DNA from: Thermoanaerobaculia bacterium
GTDB lineage: Bacteria > Acidobacteriota > Thermoanaerobaculia > UBA5066
Assembly (NCBI GenBank): GCA_963816185.1
Contig: CAWFJJ010000030.1
Location: 448,001 to 512,000, forward strand
Reading direction: 5' to 3'
Length of the DNA: 64,000 nucleotides
Shown: in pieces, positions 38,509 to 47,391 of the stretch
Layout of the letters: the number at the start of each line of letters is the position of its first letter
Numbering within the stretch: the stretch's first letter is position 1
The notes under the pieces: model-generated
What the model saw: only the letters and a program-made list of their open reading frames with translations
Database searches by the model: none
What the model was told of the DNA's origin: nothing
Translations under genes and position numbers: made by a program

Positions 38509-40656
38509 ATGGCTGGACCCGCCTCGAAATCCGAAGCCGTGTTCCAGCCATGGGTGCCGGCCTCGGAAGCACCCGCCGAGCTCACGTTCCGGGCCGTCGC
38601 ACTCGGGTCGATTCTCGGGATCATCTTCGGCGCGGCGAGTGTCTACCTCGGACTCAAGGTCGGCCTGACGACGTCCGCGTCGATTCCGATCGCCGTCATG
38701 GCGATCACGATTCTCAAGAAGCTGGGGAACTCGACGATCCTCGAGAACAACGTCGTGCAGACGGCGGGATCCGCGGGCGAGTCCGTGGCGGCCGCGGTCG
38801 TCTTCACGATCCCCGCGCTCATCTTCCTCGGCTTTCCGATGAGGATTCCCGTGACGTTCCTGATCGCCCTCACCGGCGGCGTCCTCGGCGTCCTCATGAT
38901 GATCCCGCTCCGGCGGTACCTGATCGTGAAGGAGCACGCCGCTCTGCGCTTCCCCGAAGGCACGGCGTGCGCGGAGATCCTCATCGCCGGCGAGCAGGGC
39001 GGGACCTCCGCGCGGAAGATCTTCTTCGGGATCGGCCTCGGTGCTCTCTTCAAGGTGTCCACGAAGCTTCTGGGCCTCTTCAAGGACAACGTCGGACGCT
39101 CGTTCTCTTTCTATCCGGGCTCGCGCCTCGAGTGCGAGACGTCACCCGAGCTCCTCGCCGTGGGGTACATCATCGGCTACGAGACGAGCGTCGTCATGGT
39201 GGCGGGGGGACTCCTCGCCGCTCTCATCCTCGGACCGATGGTCGTCCTGTTCGGCGGCCACCTCACGGAGCCTCTTGCCCCGGCGACGACGCTCATCCGC
39301 GACATGGACTATGCCGGCCTCAAGGACAAGTACCTGAGGTACATCGGCGCGGGGGCGGTCGCGATGGGCGGCATCCTCGGGCTCGTGCGCGCGGCTCCGG
39401 CGATTTGGGACTCGCTCACCGCCTCCGTGAAGCAGCTCCGGGGCGGGTTCGCCGGAGGCGCTTCCGTCGCCCGGACGGAACGCGACACTCCGCTCACGTG
39501 GGTGGTCGGCGGCTCGCTCGCGATCGTCGCCTTCATCACGGTCGTGCCCGTCTTCCGGATGAACGTCCTCGGGGCCGCGCTCATCGTCGTCTTCGGGTTC
39601 CTGTTTTCCGTCGTGTCGGCCCGGATCACGGGCCTCGTCGGCTCGTCGTCGTGCCCGATCTCCGGAATGACGATCGCGGTCGTGATCGGGAGCTGCCTCA
39701 TCTTCCTCGCCGTGGGCTGGACCGGGGCGAGCTATTCCTATCTCGCGCTCATCGTGGCCGCGGTCGTCTGCATCGCGATCTCGAATGCGGGCACCACGGC
39801 GCAGGACCTCAAGACGGGTTACCTCGTCGGCTCGACGCCGCGCTCGCAGCAGGCCGCGATCCTCGCGGGCGTCCTGACGTCCGTGCTGGCGATCGGCTGG
39901 ACGACCTGGGCGCTGAACGCCTCGGAGACGAAGATCACGAGGCTCGCCGCTCCCGTGCCGGTCCCCGCGGCCTCGATCAAGGCCGCCGAGGACGCCAAGG
40001 GCCCCGACGGGAGGGCGTACGCGTTCGTGAAGGTCAACGCGGGGGACGCCGCCTCGCTCGAAACCGGCAACTATCTCGTGGACCGCGCAGCCGGCGCGGC
40101 CGTATTCCGGCGCGTAGACGGCATCGGAAACCGGAACTTCCCCGCTCCGCAGGCGAACCTGATGGCGGTGCTCATCTCCGGGCTTCTCGACCAGAAGCTG
40201 CCGTGGGGTCTCGTTCTCATCGGCGCCGCGATCGCCGTCTTCATCGAGCTCCTGACCGGACACTCGCTCACGTTCGCGGTCGGCCTCTACCTGCCTTTGT
40301 CCACGACGATGCCGATCTTCATCGGCGGCCTCGTGCGGAAGTTCGCGGACAAAAAGTACGGCCGCGTACCCGACGACGCGAGCGAAAGTGAAGGGACGCT
40401 CCTCTCGTCCGGCCTCATCGCGGGCGGCGCGCTCGTAGGCGTTCTCGCCGCGTTCCTGCACTTTCCCGTGTTCGGGCTCGGGTTCGACGAGGACTTCGAC
40501 CTGCCGATGAAGATCGCTCTCGGCCCGAGATTCTGGCCGGGGCTCTTCGGATCGGACGTCCTCCCGATCGTCGCCTTCGCGGGGCTGGCCTATCTGCTGT
40601 TTCGGGGAGCGAAAGCGGAGGGCGTCATCTCTCGGCCGCGGCGAGAGGAGCCGTGA
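38509..40656 (+). CDS. OPT family oligopeptide transporter
   Basis: ELTFRA, YLGLKVG, ILENNVVQT, FPEGTACAE, QDLKTGYLVG, PQANLMA. Confidence 0.93.
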   Translation: MAGPASKSEAVFQPWVPASEAPAELTFRAVALGSILGIIFGAASVYLGLKVGLTTSASIPIAVMAITILKKLGNSTILENNVVQTAGSAGESVAAAVVFTIPALIFLGFPMRIPVTFLIALTGGVLGVLMMIPLRRYLIVKEHAALRFPEGTACAEILIAGEQGGTSARKIFFGIGLGALFKVSTKLLGLFKDNVGRSFSFYPGSRLECETSPELLAVGYIIGYETSVVMVAGGLLAALILGPMVVLFGGHLTEPLAPATTLIRDMDYAGLKDKYLRYIGAGAVAMGGILGLVRAAPAIWDSLTASVKQLRGGFAGGASVARTERDTPLTWVVGGSLAIVAFITVVPVFRMNVLGAALIVVFGFLFSVVSARITGLVGSSSCPISGMTIAVVIGSCLIFLAVGWTGASYSYLALIVAAVVCIAISNAGTTAQDLKTGYLVGSTPRSQQAAILAGVLTSVLAIGWTTWALNASETKITRLAAPVPVPAASIKAAEDAKGPDGRAYAFVKVNAGDAASLETGNYLVDRAAGAAVFRRVDGIGNRNFPAPQANLMAVLISGLLDQKLPWGLVLIGAAIAVFIELLTGHSLTFAVGLYLPLSTTMPIFIGGLVRKFADKKYGRVPDDASESEGTLLSSGLIAGGALVGVLAAFLHFPVFGLGFDEDFDLPMKIALGPRFWPGLFGSDVLPIVAFAGLAYLLFRGAKAEGVISRPRREEP

Positions 40657-41401
40657 GCGCAGCCTGAGCCTCGAGCTTCGCGATGAGCGCGGCGCGGCGC
40701 GCGGCATCGAGGTTCTCGGAGCCGGCGCGGAGGATGTCCGGGTTGCCGTCGATCGAGCGGCGGAACAGGAAGTCCTGTACCGCCTTCGCGTCGACCCGCG
40801 TCGTCTCGCGTAGCAGCCTTGCCACGGCCCCAACCATCAGCGGATTCTCCTCATCGAGGAGCATCTCGGCGAGGTTCAGCACGGCCGCGGCCTCGCGGTA
40901 GCCGTCCATCACGAGTCCGGTCGCGGCGAGCACGGCAAGATGACGTTTGCCCAGACTCTTGAGCTTCGCCCACTTTTTCACGACGCTCAGCTTCGCGGGC
41001 TCGAGCCTGAGAGCCGGCGCCGCGATGCCGGTCCCGAGAACCTCGGCGACGTCGACATCGTCCGCCACCGCGCTCCATTTCTCGACTCTCGCGAAAAGCC
41101 CGGAAGCGAAATTCTTCTCGTGATGCCCGAGGATCTCGAGCGCCACGAGAATCTCCTCGCGCACCTTGCGAGCCACCGCCGCGTCGACGAGCGCGACCGC
41201 CGCCGAGTATTCCACCGAGGGCCGCGTCTTCCCCTCGATTTCGCGCGCGATCGCCCTCACCAACGTCGGGCGCGCGCCGAGCGCCTTGAGCGGACTCTTT
41301 GAGGCGACGCTCTTCTTGTCCGCTCGTCCGTCCAGACGGGAATCCAAAGCAGACCGAATGTCCTTGAGAATCAGAGCGGCGGAGAGTGCGGGTTTGCCCA
41401 T
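40625..41401 (-). CDS. AlkD-like DNA alkylation repair (HEAT-repeat) protein
   Basis: LGARPTLVRAIARE, KKWAK, MVGAVARLLRE...VQDFL pattern. Confidence 0.6.
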   Translation of the reverse strand: MGKPALSAALILKDIRSALDSRLDGRADKKSVASKSPLKALGARPTLVRAIAREIEGKTRPSVEYSAAVALVDAAVARKVREEILVALEILGHHEKNFASGLFARVEKWSAVADDVDVAEVLGTGIAAPALRLEPAKLSVVKKWAKLKSLGKRHLAVLAATGLVMDGYREAAAVLNLAEMLLDEENPLMVGAVARLLRETTRVDAKAVQDFLFRRSIDGNPDILRAGSENLDAARRAALIAKLEAQAALTAPLAAAER

Positions 41402-41462
41402 ACGCAATTCGCAATTCTAGCATATAGGTTGACCAATTTCGGCTCGTGAGACGCCGGCTGTT

Positions 41463-42797
41463 TCACCGAAACGTCCCGGGGCTGAACTCGTAAATATCTC
41501 CAGAGGAAGCATTTACGAAGAGAGGAGTCTGGATGGAGCGCCTGCCGATCAGGCGTCCGCGCAAGGTGACGAAACCCCCGGCCCGGCCGACCTGAACGCC
41601 GAGCCGCTTGAGATCTGCGGGGTCCCTCAGGGACTCGTTGGCTCTCGTTTCAAGGATGCGTTCGACGGCACGGGGACCGAGGCCGGGTACCCGCCGGAGC
41701 TCCTCGCGGCTGGCCGTCGTGAGCTCGACGGGAAACCGACCCGGATTCGCCAGCGCCCACGTGAGCTTCGGATCGTGGTCGAGCGGGAGCTGGCCGTCCT
41801 GGCCGTACACGAGCTCCTCCGCGGAGAAACCGTATTCGCGTATCAGGTGATCCGCCTGATAGAGCCGCCGCTCACGGAGCGGGGGCGTTTCAGGGACATT
41901 CTCCAAAGGCGTGTTACGGATCGGACGGAAGGCCGCGAACTGCGGATGATGGATCAGGCGCTTCTTCTCGAGCCCTTCCGCGAACGACAGCAGCTCGCGA
42001 TCCGACTCCTTTCCGAGCCCCACGACGAACTGCGTCGTGGCCCCGGCTCTCATGCCGCCAGGCGGAAGGAGAGAGAGAGAAGCCGGAAGAGGCGCGGGGG
42101 CCTGGCGAGCCGACGCACGCCGCGCCTCGCGCACCGCAAGCGCCGCATCCCGCGCCGTCTCGAGAAGCGAAAGGCCGCTCCTCACGCTCTTGCCGGGAGC
42201 GTGCTCGTCGAGCGCGCGCTGGCAAGGCGCCTCGAGGTTGTAAGAGACGCGGTCCACGAGGCGTACGAGGCGTTCGATCTGTCCCGGCTCCGCGCCGGCG
42301 AGAGCCTTCGCGTGGAGATAGCCGCGGTAGCCGTGCGTGAAGCGGAGGCTCTCGACGAGCTGAAGCATCCTCTCCATCGCAAAGACCGAATCCTTCGGAA
42401 TGCCGCTCGTCACGAAAAGGCCGTCGCACCATCCACGGCGGAAGGCGGTCATGAAAAGGCGCGCGAGGCTGGCGGGCTCGAGCGCGTGACGGGGCAGGTC
42501 TCGCTCGGCGCGCATAGGGCAGTAGTCGCAAGAGAAGCGGCACGCGTTCGTCAGAAGGATGCGGAAGATGCGGCGATTTCCGACCCCGGGCACGATGAGA
42601 TCCCTGATGTTGATCGCATCCAGCGCGCTGCGGCGTGCAGGGCTGCGAACGGGACGCCTCGCGCGCGAGAGGGATTCCTCCCTTGCGCCTCCTCCTCGTT
42701 CGCCGCCCGCTCCTCTCGCCTCGCGGTCGTCTCGCGCCTCGGCCATCAGCACCCGGACCTGCTCCTCGATTTCCACGGCCCTCTTGATCGCAACCAT
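41463..42797 (-). CDS. Putative DNA modification/repair radical SAM protein with HhH (TIGR03916-like)
   Basis: LLTNACRFSCDYC, YRGYLHAK, NLE, RERRLYQADHLIREYGF, DPKLTWAL, RVPGLGP. Confidence 0.88.
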   Translation of the reverse strand: MVAIKRAVEIEEQVRVLMAEARDDREARGAGGERGGGAREESLSRARRPVRSPARRSALDAINIRDLIVPGVGNRRIFRILLTNACRFSCDYCPMRAERDLPRHALEPASLARLFMTAFRRGWCDGLFVTSGIPKDSVFAMERMLQLVESLRFTHGYRGYLHAKALAGAEPGQIERLVRLVDRVSYNLEAPCQRALDEHAPGKSVRSGLSLLETARDAALAVREARRASARQAPAPLPASLSLLPPGGMRAGATTQFVVGLGKESDRELLSFAEGLEKKRLIHHPQFAAFRPIRNTPLENVPETPPLRERRLYQADHLIREYGFSAEELVYGQDGQLPLDHDPKLTWALANPGRFPVELTTASREELRRVPGLGPRAVERILETRANESLRDPADLKRLGVQVGRAGGFVTLRGRLIGRRSIQTPLFVNASSGDIYEFSPGTFR

Positions 42798-42817
42798 CGA
42801 TTCACCCCACTCAGCGC

Positions 42818-42846
42818 AAGTTAGGCGTAAGTAGAGCGAAAGTCAA
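42818..42846 (-). promoter_or_regulatory. Putative sigma70 promoter of the radical SAM gene
   Basis: Minus strand TTGACT (42846-42841), 17-bp spacer, TAACTT (42823-42818). Confidence 0.55.
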
Positions 42847-42876
42847 GTCCAGCGCTAAAAAAAGGGTCTTGTCGCC

Positions 42877-43998
42877 TCAGGCCACGGGCCGCGCGATGAC
42901 GCCGCCGCCGAGGACGACTTCCGGCCGGACGACGTCGTAGAACACGGCCGACTGGCCGGGGGCAGCGGCACGCACCGGTTCCTCGAATTCCAGCCGTCCG
43001 CGGCCTTCCTCCTCGAGCGTGAGGCGGGCGGCCTGCTCGGCGTGGCGCGAGCGGATTCGGGCGAGCACGGGCACGGGCGACCTTACGCCTCCAGTCATGC
43101 GCACACTCACGCTTTCCAGGAAGACTTTCTTGGAAAGGAGAGAGGGGGCCGGCCCCACGACGACACGCGACTCTTCGGGAGAGGTCGAAATTACGTAGAG
43201 CGGCTCTTTCGAGGCGACGCGAAGTCCCCTTCTCTGTCCGATCGTGTAACCGAAGGTTCCCTCGTGCGCTCCGAGTCTCTCTCCACCTTCTAAGAGAATC
43301 TCCCCCGCCCGTGCCCCGCCGATTGCCGGAAGGTCGAGGCCGAGCCGTGGAGCCTCCTTCCGGATGAAGTCCGCCGGCGTCGACCCGGTCGGCACGAAAC
43401 AGATCTCCTGCGAGTCGGGCTTGTCCCAGTTCGGCAACCCTGCCTCGCGAGCGATCTCGCGCACCTCGGGCTTCGTCAGCTCGCCGAGCGGGAATCGTGC
43501 GAGGGCGAGCTGCTCTTCCGTGAGGTCGTAGAGGAAGTAAGACTGGTCGCGCGAGCGGTCGCGGGCTCTGAGGAGGCGCGGCGCGCCCGTGGACTCGTCG
43601 GCCCCGATACGCGCGTAGTGCCCCGTCGCGACGGCCTCGCAGCCGAGCGCCGCAGCGTTCTGGAGCAGCGTCTTGAACTTCACCTCGGTGTTGCACACCG
43701 TGCACGGGATGGGCGTCCTTCCCTCGAGATAGTCCGCGATGAACGGCTTCACGACCGCCTCGGTGAAACGCTGCTCAAGGTTCAGGACGAAGTGCGGCAC
43801 GCCGATCGCCGCCGCCGCGCGCCGCGCCACCGAGAGGTCGTCGAGCGTGCAGCAGCGGCCGGCGTCCGCCCCGGACCCGTCGCGGTCGTGGTTCCAGAGG
43901 TGCATCGACAGCCCCACCACGTCCGCGCCTTCGCGCTTGAGGAGGAGGGCCGCGACCGACGAGTCCACGCCCCCTGACATCGCGACCGCGATTCGCAT
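42877..43998 (-). CDS. mnmA: tRNA-specific 2-thiouridylase
   Basis: [55 protein letters not shown]. Confidence 0.97.
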   Translation of the reverse strand: MRIAVAMSGGVDSSVAALLLKREGADVVGLSMHLWNHDRDGSGADAGRCCTLDDLSVARRAAAAIGVPHFVLNLEQRFTEAVVKPFIADYLEGRTPIPCTVCNTEVKFKTLLQNAAALGCEAVATGHYARIGADESTGAPRLLRARDRSRDQSYFLYDLTEEQLALARFPLGELTKPEVREIAREAGLPNWDKPDSQEICFVPTGSTPADFIRKEAPRLGLDLPAIGGARAGEILLEGGERLGAHEGTFGYTIGQRRGLRVASKEPLYVISTSPEESRVVVGPAPSLLSKKVFLESVSVRMTGGVRSPVPVLARIRSRHAEQAARLTLEEEGRGRLEFEEPVRAAAPGQSAVFYDVVRPEVVLGGGVIARPVA

Positions 43999-44031
43999 CG
44001 AGGGGATTCTACGAGCGAGAGGGCGAGGACG

Positions 44032-45300
44032 TCAGTTAGAGGAGAAGAGAAGGGGAAGGGGTTTTACGTCCGGCGGGTAGGGGGACGCCAACTCGCGGCT
44101 GAAGGCAATCGACATTCGGGCACTGTCGGGCGAAGCCTCGTAGCGCCAGGACGCGCCCGGAAAGCGTGACGTCTCGATTCCGGGAATGGCGGCGGGCCAG
44201 CGCCCGCCGTTCTCCCTTCGAAGGCGCTTCGCCTCGAGGATCTTCGACGTCAGCTCGGCGTCGACGACGAGTCGGTCGGCGCGAAGGGAGGGGTTGCGGG
44301 TGTAGACATATTTGGGGGCTGGAGGCTCCGGGAAGTGATCTGAGAGAGGAGCATCTCGGAGGTGTGAGAGCTCGTCACGCATCAGGTCGGAGTACTCGAC
44401 GTTCGCGACACGATGCGCTGGCTCTTCGAGGACCTGCCACGCCCGTCTTAACCACGAGGCTTCCCCATGTTCTTCCAAGACGTATCTCCACCACGTTCTC
44501 GCGAACTTCGGCCGAACGCCGAGGGCATCCGCGTCCAGAAATGCGGTCCGGCCATCGAGTGTTTCCAGTCGCTTTCCCCAGACACTCTCTTCGACATTCA
44601 CCTTTCTGAGGATTCCGACCTGGAAACGGGCGATGGCGATCGAGAGCAGCGCCGGGATGATTTCAGGACGCTTTCGAAGCGACTCGTTGAGATTCCACGA
44701 AGCCTCGAGAGTGCGCGCAGCGGCCTCGTCGTGGCCACCTTGTGCAGCGGCGAGCGCCCGTGCCGTCAGAATTCTTTGAAGGCGAATCTGCCTGAGGACG
44801 TTCGGCTTCCGGCGATCACCCTCTGGAACGGAAAGATCGAGCGCCCATTCGGGTGGCGGTCCCGCAATGAGAACCGACTCGATTGCATCGACCGCGACGC
44901 GTCTTTCTTCCAGGAAGCGGATGGCCTCCTCGGGCGGCGGATCGATCGACGCCTCGGGCTTCGCGATCTGAGCCAAGAGATAGTCGACCGTGCCCTGGCT
45001 TCGCTTCCATTCGGTGGACCGGCGCATTTCTTCCGGCTCAATGGATCCGACAACTGGCGTCAGGTCGAAGACGGTCCCCCGCGTGAGCTCCTCCAGCTTC
45101 TTCGCGGTCTCGTTCGTCTCGTGCTTCGGATATTTCTTCTTCAGGTCGTCGAGACTGCCGAACGTCGCGGTCCAGGCGCGGTCGCACTGCTCTTCCCTGC
45201 GCGCCGCCCAGGCGTTTCCGCCGACGATCCACAGGACCGCCAGCAGAACCAGTGCCGCGAGAGAAAAGACGACAACGCGACGGAGCTTCATGCCTTTCAT
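44032..45300 (-). CDS. Hypothetical membrane-anchored protein (paralogue of 45297-46430)
   Basis: ATGA overlap with the upstream paralogue; N-terminal TM; shared blocks FGSL..KYP..TN..A..LEE, P.WA.DL, LRKRPE. Confidence 0.7.
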   Translation of the reverse strand: MKGMKLRRVVVFSLAALVLLAVLWIVGGNAWAARREEQCDRAWTATFGSLDDLKKKYPKHETNETAKKLEELTRGTVFDLTPVVGSIEPEEMRRSTEWKRSQGTVDYLLAQIAKPEASIDPPPEEAIRFLEERRVAVDAIESVLIAGPPPEWALDLSVPEGDRRKPNVLRQIRLQRILTARALAAAQGGHDEAAARTLEASWNLNESLRKRPEIIPALLSIAIARFQVGILRKVNVEESVWGKRLETLDGRTAFLDADALGVRPKFARTWWRYVLEEHGEASWLRRAWQVLEEPAHRVANVEYSDLMRDELSHLRDAPLSDHFPEPPAPKYVYTRNPSLRADRLVVDAELTSKILEAKRLRRENGGRWPAAIPGIETSRFPGASWRYEASPDSARMSIAFSRELASPYPPDVKPLPLLFSSN

Positions 45301-46430
45301 TTCTCCAAGGGCTTCTTCTCCCTCGCTGCCAGAACCTCGTCCGTCTTTCGGATCTCGAGGACCGCGATGTTCGCGCGGCGCCAGGACTCGATGAGATTCG
45401 GGACTGCAGGCTTCTGCTTGACGCCGTTCTCCGCGAGGGCCTTCTGGAAGGTCTCGCCGAGAAAGCGCGGCTCGGCGTCCGAGACCGGGCTCTTGGCGGC
45501 GGCGTCGATCGTGGCCCGCCACGCGTCGAGATATCCGGCGGCCTCGATCCGCTCGCGCCAGGCGCCGACGAGCGCCGAGAGCCGTTTGGAGAGCGGGCCC
45601 GCGCTGACCTTCGCTTTGCGAAGATCTCTCGCCACCTCGTAATCGAGCCACGCGCCACGGCGTAGGGCCATGAGCAGGCTCCCGCGCGGGTCGAGCCTCT
45701 TCAGGCGCTCGCGCCAGGCGGCGGAATCGACCGGGATCCGCCGGACGGCGCCGAGCTCGAGGCGCGTCGCGGCGATCGAGACCATCTGGCTCGCGACCTC
45801 GGGACGGCCGCGCAGGGCGCCCGTGAGCGCGAACGCGGCGCGAAGAGAGTCGTCCGCGCGTTTGTCCTTCGCCGCCGCTCTCGCCTCGGCTCGTCCGACG
45901 AGGACCCGCGCGAGCTGCATGTGTCCGAGGACGTTCGGTTCCGGCGCGGCAAAGAGCTTCCCGAGATCCACGGCCCAGTCCGGGGCGGGGCCCGCGAGAA
46001 GGCTCTTCTCGATCGCGTCGAGATCAGCGGCGTGCGAAGCGAAATACGCCGTCACTGCCGCGGGCGGGGCATCCGGCAGGCCCTCGGCTTTGGCGGCCTC
46101 GTGGTCCACCCATTTCTCGAGCGGCACGCGGACCTCGTCCTCCGCCGTCTTCTTCGGGCGGCCCGGCTCGTCCTCCACGGGCAGCTCGCTCCGCGGGCGA
46201 AGCTCGATGCCGAGACTCCGGGCGTTCTCCTCGAGGGCGCGCGCCGCCGCGTTCGTGGGGTGCGCCGGGAACTTCGCCGTGATCTCCGCGAGCGGGCCGA
46301 ACGCCTGGGCCCAGGCGGCCTCCGCGGCCCGCTCGCGTTGCGCGGCCCGGAGCGTGCCCACGCCGAACCAGACGATCGCGGCACCCGCGAGGGCGAGAAC
46401 GAGAAAACCGATCGCTCGTAGGGTGCGCAT
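45297..46430 (-). CDS. Hypothetical membrane-anchored protein
   Basis: N-terminal TM; FGPL..KFP..TN..A..LEE, PDWAVDL, LRGRPE. Confidence 0.7.
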   Translation of the reverse strand: MRTLRAIGFLVLALAGAAIVWFGVGTLRAAQRERAAEAAWAQAFGPLAEITAKFPAHPTNAAARALEENARSLGIELRPRSELPVEDEPGRPKKTAEDEVRVPLEKWVDHEAAKAEGLPDAPPAAVTAYFASHAADLDAIEKSLLAGPAPDWAVDLGKLFAAPEPNVLGHMQLARVLVGRAEARAAAKDKRADDSLRAAFALTGALRGRPEVASQMVSIAATRLELGAVRRIPVDSAAWRERLKRLDPRGSLLMALRRGAWLDYEVARDLRKAKVSAGPLSKRLSALVGAWRERIEAAGYLDAWRATIDAAAKSPVSDAEPRFLGETFQKALAENGVKQKPAVPNLIESWRRANIAVLEIRKTDEVLAAREKKPLEK

Positions 46431-46478
46431 TCAGATCCTCCAGGGCCGGCCCCGCATGATACGGGGCAGAATGCGCCC

Positions 46479-46772
46479 ATGAAGCGCCCCGCGAAACTCG
46501 CCGCCGCCGCTGCGGACGCGCGCCTTTCCGGCCTTCCCGGCTGGACGCGCGAGGGAGAAACACTTCACAGGACGTTCACGTTTCGCGACTTCTCCGAAGC
46601 GTTCGGTTTCATGGCGCGCGTCGCGCTCGTGGCCGAGAAGATGGACCACCATCCGGATTGGGCGAACGTCTGGAACCGCGTCACGGTCGATCTGACGACG
46701 CACGACGCCGGCGGCCTCACGGAGCTCGACTTCCGCCTCGCGGCGGAAATGAACCGCCTCGCGGACGAATAG
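46479..46772 (+). CDS. phhB: Pterin-4-alpha-carbinolamine dehydratase
   Basis: [23 protein letters not shown]. Confidence 0.93.
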   Translation: MKRPAKLAAAAADARLSGLPGWTREGETLHRTFTFRDFSEAFGFMARVALVAEKMDHHPDWANVWNRVTVDLTTHDAGGLTELDFRLAAEMNRLADE

Positions 46773-46798
46773 ACAGGGAAGGATTTTTTGCTGATATT

Positions 46799-46820
46799 CG
46801 GGGCTGCAGATGCAGCCCCG
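46799..46820. terminator. GC-rich hairpin after phhB (terminator-like)
   Basis: CGGGGCTGCA-GA-TGCAGCCCCG inverted repeat in an AT-rich context; the U-tract is weak. Confidence 0.45.
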
Positions 46821-46835
46821 ATATTAGAAATCTCT

Positions 46836-46914
46836 TTCCCGGATATCCGGAGTCAAGGGCGCGCGTCGCGCGCCGCGTAGCGGTCGAAGACCCTTGACAC
46901 CGGACATCCGGGAA
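46836..46914. repeat. 24-bp inverted repeat (22/24), each arm TTGAC + palindrome CCGGAYATCCGG
   Basis: 46836-46859 TTCCCGGATATCCGGAGTCAAGGG vs 46891-46914 CCCTTGACACCGGACATCCGGGAA; 31-bp spacer. Confidence 0.85.
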
Positions 46915-47082
46915 GTATCCGAACCGCCGGATATGAGAAGAATCTCCGGCGCATTCCCTCAAGGTGTCGATTAATCAACAACAACCAGGGGTCGTGGCTC
47001 TTGCCTTGCCCCGGCAACTCCCCCGCCTAAATCACCTTCTAAGAAATACTTCCTTGCTCTCTGAACAAAAGTCCACATCCAC

Positions 47083-47098
47083 TGGCACGGCACGTGAA
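47083..47098 (+). promoter_or_regulatory. Putative sigma54 (-24/-12) promoter
   Basis: TGGCACG-GCAC-GTGAA; perfect -24, non-canonical -12 (GA for GC); 26 nt before ATG 47125. Confidence 0.45.
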
Positions 47099-47124
47099 GA
47101 GCGCGGGCGGGAGATCTGGCCGCC

Positions 47125-47391
47125 ATGTCCCAGAAATGCGTGGAATTGATATTCGGGAGACTCGCGACGGACGAGGAGCTTCGCCGGGAATTTCGCCGGG
47201 ACCCCCTGGGGACGCTCGGCAAGCTGGCCGCTTGCGGCGTCGAGCTGACGAAGGCCGAGCGCGACGCGCTCCTCGCGACGAAGAGCGCCCTGTTCGAGCG
47301 CCTCGCCGAGACGATCGATCCCCGCCTCCAGAAGGCCAGCCTCCGTTCGAGCGCGGAGCTGCGCCCCGACGACGAAAGGAGGCCTTCGTGA
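47125..47391 (+). CDS. Os1348-family NHLP-clan small protein
   Basis: MSQKCVELIFGRLATDEELRREFRRDP..L...GVELT..E..AL...IDPRLQKA matches the family pattern as I recall it; GGGAG RBS; stop overlaps the tolC start (GTGA). Confidence 0.72.
   Translation: MSQKCVELIFGRLATDEELRREFRRDPLGTLGKLAACGVELTKAERDALLATKSALFERLAETIDPRLQKASLRSSAELRPDDERRPS

Noticed and set aside
46933-46974. 13-aa ORF MRRISGAFPQGVD after the inverted repeat
   Set aside because: No RBS and no conservation evidence; chance occurrence is likely.
46964-47149. 61-aa ORF across the AT-rich intergenic region
   Set aside because: Atypical codon use, overlaps promoter-like elements; more likely regulatory DNA.
47125-47391. Calling the locus a RiPP biosynthetic cluster
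   Set aside because: No core peptide, maturase or peptidase; the radical SAM at 41463-42797 is a DNA-repair type and unlinked.
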